Shown here piece by piece: positions 30,001 through 37,912 of a DNA stretch of 64,000 bases. This DNA is from an uncultured Clostridia bacterium. GTDB taxonomy: Bacteria > Bacillota > Clostridia > TANB77 > CAG-508. The stretch is taken from the NCBI GenBank assembly GCA_944389745.1, contig CALXNM010000004.1, positions 795 through 64,794 on the forward strand. The letters are read 5' to 3'. The stretch's first letter is position 1. Every line of letters begins with the position of its first letter. Below the pieces are notes generated by a model, which was not told the DNA's origin, did no database searches, and saw nothing but the letters and a program-made list of their open reading frames with translations. A program made the translations under genes and the position numbers.

Positions 30001-33000
30001 GTTATGTTTGTAAAAGACAAGTTTTCTATTTGTGCATTATTACTTGCTATAACTCCAAAATAGCTTCCCGAACCTGCTGTATTTGTTAATATAATATTTT
30101 TAAATCCAATATTTTTCATGCTTGTTTTTACATTATTTATTAATCCTGTGTTAGCCGTATCATATTCAAGTTCTATATTTTTCAATGTATATATATTGTT
30201 TTCGGCTTCTAATCTATTTACTGTTATATTGTTTTTTACATTATCTTTTCCACTAAAATCTATATCTGACATCAATCTATAATTCTGATACGTTCCCTCT
30301 TCAATACTTTGCCAGTCTTCATATGTATATATTTCTTTGAAAAATTGTACTTGTATTTCTATATTTACTTCTTTCAGTTCGTCTATTTGCCCACTATTCG
30401 TTCTATAATTTATTCCAACTAATTTATAACTATCATAATATCTAATAGGTGTTGCTTCAACTGTAATACTTGTTTTTCCGTTCTGTGTTACATTTCTTGT
30501 AACTGCAGAAATATTCATATCTTCAATTTGTATTCCTGTTATTTCTTTTTCATCTGGATTTGTTATTTGTACTGTTATTTCTGCCTCTGTTGTGTTTGGC
30601 TTTCTAACCTCTATATTTTCTACTTCCAATTGCACATTAGCACCATTTTCTTCAATATATATATCTTTTTGATTCGGCAATAGGTCTGTTCCTTCTAAAT
30701 TATATAATTTAGGCAATATTCCTTCTTCTTTTTTATCATAATTATATTTATCTCCTAAATCTAAATTTATTATTTCTACTTTACTTAATAATGTAGCACC
30801 TTTTTCTTCTTCACGTACATATCCATTTAATACTTGATTTACATACGCATAGTTGTTTTCTGTAGTATCAATACGATTTCCAACTATTCTATTTAAAACA
30901 TCTAAGCCAGATGTAGTATATATTGTCCCTATACTTAGGTTATTCACAATAGTGGTTACGTCATCGCTTGAGCAAATACCGACTATTCCTCCAACATTTG
31001 CATTGGTAGTTGATATATTTACTTTAGAATAGCAATTTTCTATATTATTTGCTCCAATACTACCTATTATTCCTCCTACATTTATATTGTCAGAAACTAT
31101 GGTTCCTTCCGCATAAGAGTTTCTAATATTATTGGTTCCTTGTCCGTTACCAATTAATCCTCCAACTCCAGAACTTACTGCTTTTGTGTCAGTTATGCTT
31201 AACCCCTGCACGAAGCAGCATTCAATCGAGCCATTATTACTTAGACCAATAAGTCCACCCACATAAAGTTCATCTTGCAAACCTTCCATATTTATATTAA
31301 TATCTGTTACAGAACAATTTTTAATAACAGCTCCAGTAATGTAACTGACAATTCCTCCCACTCTTCCTTTTGATGTCTTATTTATGTTACTTGTTTTAAC
31401 GTGTACATTATCAATCGTAGAACCTACTTGAGCATTTGCAATTATCCCCCCTGTTGTACTAACATCCTGATTAAAATTATTAATATAAATATTTTCAAAT
31501 TTACCATATAAGTTTGATATTAATGTATAATTATTTGTTAAATTCAAGTTTGATATTGTGTGTTCATTTCCATTTATTATCCCATTTATTGTTCCTAAAC
31601 CAATAGTATTTCCTTCATTTACAAAGTTTAAATTGGTCATCAACATATAATTTTCTGTAGGAGAATTATTAATTTTCTTCCAGTCATTTATATTCCATAT
31701 TGCTTTATATAAATCTACATTAATTACTCTTTCTCCTTCTTCATATGGTCTCGTATACGAACTTCCAAACGCACCTCTTGTTGTAATACTTAGCACATCA
31801 TAATTTGATACACATATAACTGGATTTATTAGTTTCGCTATTACTGTACTTTTTCCATTATTATATTCTTGAGATAAAATTTCTACATCTAAGTTTTCTA
31901 TCTTTATATCACTTATTTGTTCTGCTGATGGGTTATTTACACTAAACTGTACTTTTACTGTATCAGTTCCTTGTTCTAATACTTTTGTTGATAGTATATC
32001 AGGTAAGTCTGCGTCTTCTATCTCTGGTAGCTCTATATATTCTTGTGCTGGCATTACATCCGGCATATTTAAGTGAGGGTAATAACCTTCATTAACCAAA
32101 TCATTTACTATAAATGCCCCATCACTATTAATTAGCTGATTTTGAAACTGAGCATCCCACAACGATAATTTATTTCCTTTTGTTTCTAATTCACTTGTAT
32201 ATACTTCACCTGCAAAATAATAATTGTTATATACTCTTTTAGACGCTTTACTATATATATTGGGTCCATTATTTTTATTTATATGAGTCTTTACAGGATC
32301 CACAGAGTACACATTTTGTACTGTTGCATTACTATTATTGTCACAGCAAATATTGCCCTTATCTTTTTTATTATCGCTTAAAACTTCTATCCCTACTAAA
32401 GTAAATACATTTTCAATCAATCCATTTCCATCATTCCAGGCAACAACCCCACCAACAACAAGTCCAACATTAGTGTTATTTAACATTTTTATGTTTTCGC
32501 CATATAAGTAACCATTTCGTACATCCCCATAATTCCATTTAACTACCAAGCTTACAATTGAATTTCCATAAAAAGGTTCGTCCAAACAAACAACAAAATT
32601 TTCAACCGTTCCATGATTACCACCAATTCCTAAACAAGATTCGTTATTATTTACAACTGTTGATTCTAATAGATTTATTTTTAAATTTCTTACAATTCCA
32701 TAATTTATATTAATTAAATAACCATTTATAGATGTATCAATATTGTTATTCATTTTTACATTAAAGACAATATTTTCAAGTACACCGTTTTGACCAACCC
32801 CAACAAATAGATAGCCCACATTGTTTTTATTACCTCTTGTTAAGGTTTTACCATTAAAATCTATAGTTCCCTCAATCCATATATAATAAGCATTACCAAA
32901 TCTATATTGATTTCCAGAAGCATTTGATATGTCTAAATCATTTAGTACAATATATTCTCCATATGGTTGTATTTTCAAAAAATCGTTCAAATTAAATATT

Positions 33001-36000
33001 CCTTTTAATTCTCTTGAACCATTTGTTGAGAATTCTTGTGAATCTAGTTCATAGTATCTCTCTTCAATTTTTACTAATAGTTCTATTTTGTAATTTGCAT
33101 CTGATTCGATGTTATATGTTTTTTGTGCATTTTCTACTTTGTTATCTTCTCCAATTTCTTCATAGCAAATTTCTTGAATTTGCTCATTATTTTTATAAAT
33201 ACGTATATAGTAATCGTTTGTAGTTATTTCATTTCTAGCATCATTTACTGTTATAGCTACGTTTGCATTGTAATCATATTTAAATTCTTCATAATCTGTT
33301 TTTCTATTTCCAAGCTCTGCTTGTAAGTCTTGAATTTCTACTGAAGTATTGTCGTTAGCTATTCTGAATCCAATGTATCCCGTTTTATTTAATGTGACTG
33401 TATATGTATAAGCTTGCCAATCATTTGTTAAATTGTTTATTGTATAATAAGTATAATAAGTTGTACTATTAAAATCATTTGTTTCTTTTTCTATAATACT
33501 CATTCTAGCACTATTTGTTGTTCTTGCTTTAAAGCTTATAGTTATTTCTTCTCCTAAATATTTGCTTAAGTCGTAGTAATTTAGATTGTTATATGATGAT
33601 GAGCCTCCTAATGTAAGTATTTGTGTACTCTCATTGTAATTTATGCCATATTTAGCATCTGTATTAAAACACTTCTCATACCAATTTACTTTAGAGGAAA
33701 CATCTATTAAATTTTTTCCTGTTGGTGTTTTTTCTAATCCAATTAAATCTAGATTACCACTTATACCTGTTTCTGTTACAATTTCTATCTCTTTTAATAT
33801 GTAATCTGCTTCATACGTTGCATCTGTACTTCCTATGTTATATTGTGGTGCATACACTATTATTCTATATGTTTCGTTTGGTGTTAGGTCTTCGTATGTT
33901 TTTCTTTCATAGTCTGCATTTGTTGGCATTTCACTTAAATCTATTAATTTATTGTCCTTATCTCTTACTTCTATTCTTACTTGTTTTGTTAATACTGCAT
34001 TATCTATGTCTTCTATTCGTATGTCTAAGTCTATCATTGTACCTATTACAAATTGATTTCTTACTTGTACTTCTGCTGGCATTTTTAGTGTAATTAGTTG
34101 TTCTAAGTTTTGTTTATCTTCTACAATAGTTTCTACTGTACCTTGTTTTACTGTGGTGATGACGTCTATTCTGTATATTGTATTTGAGTTTAATTGTTCT
34201 AGGTTTAGCTCCACTTCTTCGGCTATTTTTAAGCTTTGCACTTGTTCGTCTGTGAATGTTATTCTTTTTACTTCTGTTTCTGTGTTTGGTGTATTATCTG
34301 ATGTTCCACTTTGATTATCGTTTTCACTTTCGCTATTTCCATCACTTTCATTATCATCATTTACGTCGTTATCTCTTCTACTTTCACTATTATCTCCATT
34401 TCTTTCCTGGTTATTGCCATTGTTGCCGTCGTTTTCGCCATCATTGCTTTCACCATCACTCACATTTTTTCCTTGGTCGTAAATTACAACTTCTACCTTA
34501 TCTAGTATTGCAAGTAATCTTGTATCTGTTTGGTTTTCATCTATACTTATGCCAAGGTTCATGCTGTTTTGTGTTACTTCTTTATCATCTATATGTACTT
34601 GCATATAACCAAGTGATGCTAGTGGTCTTGTTACAAAACTTGCTTTTCCTAATTCTGCATTTTGTTGCATACCATCTCCATTATCTAGGTCGTAATCACC
34701 ATAGATTATTATTTGATAATATCCATTTGGGTCTAAGTCATTAAATGTTAATGTTTCTTTACTTCCATCATTTGCTGTTCCATTGTTTCCTAATATTCCT
34801 TGTTTTACTATTTCTCCACTTTGGTTTGTTATTTCATATCTATAGTTTTCTAAGCTTACATTATCTTTGTTGTTTAATGTCACATCAAGGATTACTTCTG
34901 TTACATCTTGTTTTGTAGCTGTGATGCTTACTCTTGGTGATTGTTTTGATGTTACTGTTTCTCCTTCGTTATTTATTACTTTTAGCTCATTTCCGAATCT
35001 ATCAAATGCTGTTATTTTGTATTTTATCTTGCTATTTGATGTTAAGCTTTCGCTTGTTTGATAAGTTATTTCTTCTCCTGCTTTTAATTGGTCTATTTGG
35101 TCATTTGTTAATCTATATGCTACATTTCCTATTTCTACTTGTATTCTTGATATTCCTTTTATTACTTCTTCGTTTAAATCGTTGTTTAATTTTAAGTATA
35201 TTAACTCTATTTTATTAGAATATATTTCTCCATTTTGGAAACTAAAGTCTATTGTTCCTAATGCGCTTATTGGTTTTGTTTTTACTGTTCCTGTATAAAA
35301 TTCTTCTTCCTGTTCTTCTCCATTTTCATCATAATAGTAAAATACTCCTCTTATTTCGAACTCTGTATCTGGTTGTAAGTTTGTTATTTCTATATTTCCG
35401 GTTTGTGTTGCTAATGCTCTTCTATTTAAACGTCCGTCTAAATATATTTCAAATATTACTCCTCTTGATATTACCCCTGCTCTATCTGTTACTGATAAAT
35501 TTGTTCTTATTGTGTATACTCCACTTTCAAAGTCTGTGCAACTTACTGTTGGTTTTTCCCACATACCTTCTTGCCATTCTTGTTCTATTGACTCGCTTTC
35601 ATTTGTTGTTGTGTTGCTTTCGTTATTTTGTTCTTGTTCTATTCCTTCATTTGGCTCTTCTTCAACATTGTTTTCTGTTGGCTCTTCTATTTCATTCTCT
35701 ACTGTATTTTCTACTTCTTCATTATTATTTTCTTCTGCTTGTATAATTCCAAGTCTTTCTAAAAATTCTTTATATGTTAGTTCTTCTCCATTAACTTCAA
35801 TTTTTGAGTCCATGTCTATATCGTTTATTCTTTTGTATTGCATATACCAGTTTTGCACATTGTTTTCTCTTCCATCGTTCTCATTATCAGAATAACCGTC
35901 TTGCATTTCATAATATGCTATATACTCTTCTGTGAAATATATATTACTGAATTCTTTTATTTCATATTCATTTAACGAAGTTGCTATATTTATTTTTCCC

Positions 36001-36572
36001 ACATTGGTATAAATCTCATCTTCGCTTTTTAAAAATATGTACTTGTTGCCATCTGCTCTTGTTATATCTGCTCCGTTATACATTACTCCATCTGTCATCA
36101 TGAAATCTGGGTATCCTTCTACTTCTTCATAGTTCACTGTTATTAATCTAGTAGTTGGTCCTATGTTTAATAATGCATTACCTTCATTTATATATATTGG
36201 ATAGTTGATATCAATTTCCTTTTTGTCATCTTCTCCAATATAATATGAATTTAGTCGTTTATATAATAAGTCGTTTTCACGCACTTCAACTAAGCCTATG
36301 TATGGATTTACATTAAACACATCACTGTTTTTTAGGTTTTCTACCATTGTTTTTCCTTCTACTGCATAACCACTATATGTAATTATCATTTCTGGGGCAT
36401 ATCTTAAGAACACGTAATAAATAATTGTTATGATAATTAGCATTATGATTAAACCTATCAAAATAAAGGTCGGCAGATTTTTTGTATTTATTCTTCTGTT
36501 CTTATTGTTTAGGTCTATATTTAATTTTTTATTTTGCTTTGCCTCATTATTTCTATTTTTTCTCTTTGTCAT
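27099..36572 (-). CDS. Giant surface protein paralog 2 (3157 aa)
   Basis: An uninterrupted 9.47-kb ORF. The N- and C-terminal regions are near-identical to paralogs 1 and 3. It has the same TM, GLUG-like and C-terminal TM architecture. Confidence 0.9.
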   Translation of the reverse strand: MTKRKNRNNEAKQNKKLNIDLNNKNRRINTKNLPTFILIGLIIMLIIITIIYYVFLRYAPEMIITYSGYAVEGKTMVENLKNSDVFNVNPYIGLVEVRENDLLYKRLNSYYIGEDDKKEIDINYPIYINEGNALLNIGPTTRLITVNYEEVEGYPDFMMTDGVMYNGADITRADGNKYIFLKSEDEIYTNVGKINIATSLNEYEIKEFSNIYFTEEYIAYYEMQDGYSDNENDGRENNVQNWYMQYKRINDIDMDSKIEVNGEELTYKEFLERLGIIQAEENNNEEVENTVENEIEEPTENNVEEEPNEGIEQEQNNESNTTTNESESIEQEWQEGMWEKPTVSCTDFESGVYTIRTNLSVTDRAGVISRGVIFEIYLDGRLNRRALATQTGNIEITNLQPDTEFEIRGVFYYYDENGEEQEEEFYTGTVKTKPISALGTIDFSFQNGEIYSNKIELIYLKLNNDLNEEVIKGISRIQVEIGNVAYRLTNDQIDQLKAGEEITYQTSESLTSNSKIKYKITAFDRFGNELKVINNEGETVTSKQSPRVSITATKQDVTEVILDVTLNNKDNVSLENYRYEITNQSGEIVKQGILGNNGTANDGSKETLTFNDLDPNGYYQIIIYGDYDLDNGDGMQQNAELGKASFVTRPLASLGYMQVHIDDKEVTQNSMNLGISIDENQTDTRLLAILDKVEVVIYDQGKNVSDGESNDGENDGNNGNNQERNGDNSESRRDNDVNDDNESDGNSESENDNQSGTSDNTPNTETEVKRITFTDEQVQSLKIAEEVELNLEQLNSNTIYRIDVITTVKQGTVETIVEDKQNLEQLITLKMPAEVQVRNQFVIGTMIDLDIRIEDIDNAVLTKQVRIEVRDKDNKLIDLSEMPTNADYERKTYEDLTPNETYRIIVYAPQYNIGSTDATYEADYILKEIEIVTETGISGNLDLIGLEKTPTGKNLIDVSSKVNWYEKCFNTDAKYGINYNESTQILTLGGSSSYNNLNYYDLSKYLGEEITISFKARTTNSARMSIIEKETNDFNSTTYYTYYTINNLTNDWQAYTYTVTLNKTGYIGFRIANDNTSVEIQDLQAELGNRKTDYEEFKYDYNANVAITVNDARNEITTNDYYIRIYKNNEQIQEICYEEIGEDNKVENAQKTYNIESDANYKIELLVKIEERYYELDSQEFSTNGSRELKGIFNLNDFLKIQPYGEYIVLNDLDISNASGNQYRFGNAYYIWIEGTIDFNGKTLTRGNKNNVGYLFVGVGQNGVLENIVFNVKMNNNIDTSINGYLININYGIVRNLKINLLESTVVNNNESCLGIGGNHGTVENFVVCLDEPFYGNSIVSLVVKWNYGDVRNGYLYGENIKMLNNTNVGLVVGGVVAWNDGNGLIENVFTLVGIEVLSDNKKDKGNICCDNNSNATVQNVYSVDPVKTHINKNNGPNIYSKASKRVYNNYYFAGEVYTSELETKGNKLSLWDAQFQNQLINSDGAFIVNDLVNEGYYPHLNMPDVMPAQEYIELPEIEDADLPDILSTKVLEQGTDTVKVQFSVNNPSAEQISDIKIENLDVEILSQEYNNGKSTVIAKLINPVICVSNYDVLSITTRGAFGSSYTRPYEEGERVINVDLYKAIWNINDWKKINNSPTENYMLMTNLNFVNEGNTIGLGTINGIINGNEHTISNLNLTNNYTLISNLYGKFENIYINNFNQDVSTTGGIIANAQVGSTIDNVHVKTSNINKTSKGRVGGIVSYITGAVIKNCSVTDININMEGLQDELYVGGLIGLSNNGSIECCFVQGLSITDTKAVSSGVGGLIGNGQGTNNIRNSYAEGTIVSDNINVGGIIGSIGANNIENCYSKVNISTTNANVGGIVGICSSDDVTTIVNNLSIGTIYTTSGLDVLNRIVGNRIDTTENNYAYVNQVLNGYVREEEKGATLLSKVEIINLDLGDKYNYDKKEEGILPKLYNLEGTDLLPNQKDIYIEENGANVQLEVENIEVRKPNTTEAEITVQITNPDEKEITGIQIEDMNISAVTRNVTQNGKTSITVEATPIRYYDSYKLVGINYRTNSGQIDELKEVNIEIQVQFFKEIYTYEDWQSIEEGTYQNYRLMSDIDFSGKDNVKNNITVNRLEAENNIYTLKNIELEYDTANTGLINNVKTSMKNIGFKNIILTNTAGSGSYFGVIASNNAQIENLSFTNITINAKEMNYLGMIGGMTSGTINNIELEDITINGNGFIGGLVGYASIDGEGEEKNIVGKNITIKGTSNYIGGFVGYQAGIGIKTSDLSIVDSNISGTNYIGGIFGEINRGYISNITVKNTDIIGNSSVGGVSGQMTIAAGYNSDYCQFVLVQFCNIIGSRLVGGVSGRHTGLCLFKCVVDSCIINTPSLNAERVGGIIGTGSWSVVEESRVSNSQIISNGNGVGGFIGGQDSGVTSIAVNRCALSNTTIQGNMNVGGAIGETKYGGVTRAFVNAGVKASSNAGGIIGFMDNSNMTASRYRINIVESMVLDTEIESQTKSGGLIGNIATEIYREESFYYDNYIDADVISTNTSTGSLIIGGRQDENGYITNTYVYKYSTLNGNHVYSTNDNIENNQYLVRNDLDRQDTYLSKIGLTISDWNFNSLSREKYPIISDRYQYKPELQTGVDLPTDPEIAELNSLSVDDENDDNANGTGANTNNLSDANGISTQSLESLPSYKVYPTKVDEINIDFSDIPEGASFTYFVNGDEKETIDLDNDLDEGSTNNLAKRTYTFKYNYQDTLEIKLTNGQDKETITIKPEAVRSEASLVGANNAYLLGTNLYINGELQPGNYVNVYEGYALNSNGQIVDIATQKTSGETVTTALQQTTTPLHTYDYKGSTIEVYGTYSMIDGSVKLQIYNIRNGQLSAIANNVDIKIGNSIVDNYNNKEYQTILNSAGELVDLKEMLQYPNNFLTSNINQIVQNTDVEKPEMMVLYNTGKVIVVNYVTGNVIYENEEKADEGLVSYLTRSFSNIWNDYEDRGQEYAKSKELEAKLAKLPVEEAMQENNKNEAGTSSATNTILNNSDNILANANTDTNSTANNNISNTISDNNYITVYNADTGEYEVYSEDEILNGEDENPVSETEKIKQNGLESVYNYDTNEEKPQANGAIIVVSIIAVAIIALVVLRKVVYKNSKKNNTKEKQHKRKA

Positions 36573-36692
36573 TTCACATCTTTCCTTTCAGCTTTTGATT
36601 TTCTCTATTCTGCACTTTTCATTAAGTTGCTTCGTACCTTTTTCTGTAATTCATTTTTTTTTATATTCTCGCATTATTCTTTACGTACACGC

Positions 36693-36758
36693 AAAAAGGA
36701 TAGGCTATATAACCATAAATGTTTTTCCTATAAACATTTACAGTAATACAGTCTATCC
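36693..36758 (-). terminator. Leader terminator L2
   Basis: GGATAGACTGTATTACTGTAAATGTTT...AAACATTTATGGTTATATAGCCTATCC, then TTTTTG. Confidence 0.65.
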
Positions 36759-36826
36759 TTGTAATTACTTTATTTTTATATTCAATTCCAAGCACGTTTA
36801 ATAAAATTCTTCCAGCGAAGAATTTA

Positions 36827-36922
36827 TTACTTAATAATGTACATATTCTCTTCCAATTCTTTTGGTAAGAACATATTGTGTGTGTGTGTGTGTACAGCGC
36901 CAAGGCTTTCAAGTTTCGTCAT
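36827..36922 (-). CDS. Leader uORF2 (31 aa, MTKLESLGAVHTHTHNMFLPKELEENMYIIK) containing (AC)8
   Basis: The ATG frame stops at the TAA at 36827-36829, upstream of the small hairpin and the terminator. The long frame, listed in the track from an alternative TTG start, is not in frame with this ATG. Confidence 0.35.
   Translation of the reverse strand: MTKLESLGAVHTHTHNMFLPKELEENMYIIK
36878..36893 (-). repeat. Dinucleotide SSR: (GT)8 on the plus strand, (AC)8 in the transcript sense
   Basis: Direct count of the tract. Confidence 0.95.
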
Positions 36923-36980
36923 TTTTCTAGTTTCCCTTTTCTCTTTTTTGCGTTCTTCTTACTGTTATCTCCAGCTTAAG

Positions 36981-37036
36981 GTCTGTCCCCAAACATGACA
37001 ACTTTGTCTTAAAAGAGCCTGTCCCTCAAACTGACA
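36981..37036 (-). repeat. Bipartite GGGACAG repeat element embedded in the L2 leader transcript
   Basis: The minus strand reads TGTCAGTTTGAGGGACAGGCTCTTTTAAGACAAAGTTGTCATGTTTGGGGACAGACC. It is homologous to the elements at 50184-50244 and 51075-51141. Confidence 0.65.
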
Positions 37037-37041
37037 ATTTC

Positions 37042-37069
37042 ATTATAACATAATAATTTAAAATTGGAA
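37042..37069 (-). promoter_or_regulatory. Leader promoter P-L2
   Basis: On the minus strand: TTCCAA, a 16-nt spacer, then TGTTATAAT. Confidence 0.55.
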
Positions 37070-37109
37070 TACCATTTTTTTATATATTGTAAAAAATAGT
37101 ACATAAATA

Positions 37110-37372
37110 TTAACAATAAAATATTACTTCTTGATCCGGAAAATGTTTTTTCCACTCAGATATTATATAAAAGTAGTTATTAACTATTGTTTCTAATAAT
37201 TCTGTCAATTCCTTACTTGGTATTTTACTTTTATTATTTGCTAGAATACAACCTCCACTTTTGGTTAGCCATACTTTTGTAGAATTAGGTGTTGGCTTTC
37301 CTTTTGAAATATGTATATGTATTGGCTCATTATTTTCATTTGACCAAAAATAAATTTTATATCCGTAAGACC
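37110..37372 (-). pseudogene. DUF4160-like ORF lacking a start codon (N-terminally truncated remnant)
   Basis: It translates ...YGYKIYFWSNENNEPIHIHISKGKPTPNSTKVWLTKSGGCILANNKSKIPSKELTELLETIVNNYFYIISEWKKHF. The frame opens directly after a TAG, with no ATG, GTG or TTG near the expected N-terminus. Confidence 0.4.
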
Positions 37373-37381
37373 TCTAGTATA

Positions 37382-37657
37382 TTAGGCACTAAGAATCCCT
37401 CCTTGTCTTGCCCATCTATAAAAAGATGGCAAACCTCTTTCTACAATTGTTCTAAACATTTCTATTTCTTCGTCTGTGTAGTTTCCGTCTTTATATAATA
37501 TTTTGCAACTTGGAAGTTCAAATCTAACACTATCAAAGCCTTGTTCTGTTGGTCTTTCGAAGTGTACTTGTATGGTTTCTTCTCCATTTTCGTTTTTTAT
37601 AATATGTGAAAAGACAACTTCTGTTCCATCAGCATATTTACAATAAGGATACATCAT
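37382..37657 (-). CDS. Hypothetical 91-aa protein
   Basis: A GGAGAG RBS and a TGcTATACT promoter lie upstream. No family was recognised. Confidence 0.5.
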   Translation of the reverse strand: MMYPYCKYADGTEVVFSHIIKNENGEETIQVHFERPTEQGFDSVRFELPSCKILYKDGNYTDEEIEMFRTIVERGLPSFYRWARQGGILSA

Positions 37658-37784
37658 CTTTTATCACTCTCCTTTTTCAGTATAGCATATATTTACTAAA
37701 TTTACTATTTTTATTCTTCATTATTTAATAGTTTTCATTTTCATGTTTACATCTATATTTTACTATAATATAAACTATAAATCA

Positions 37785-37882
37785 ATAAAAAAATTGTGAG
37801 TTATACAATTGTTCTAAGACTAATTTATTAATCCAAAATTTAATAAATTAGTTTGTTCTTTTATTGTACTGAACTCACAATT
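37785..37882 (-). terminator. Compound long hairpin terminator after giant gene 3
   Basis: The outer arms aattgtgagtt / aactcacaatt enclose the inner palindrome actaatttattaa...ttaataaattagt. A T-run follows on the minus strand. Confidence 0.6.
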
Positions 37883-37912
37883 TTTCTTTTATGTTTTTTT
37901 GTGTTTCTCTTT

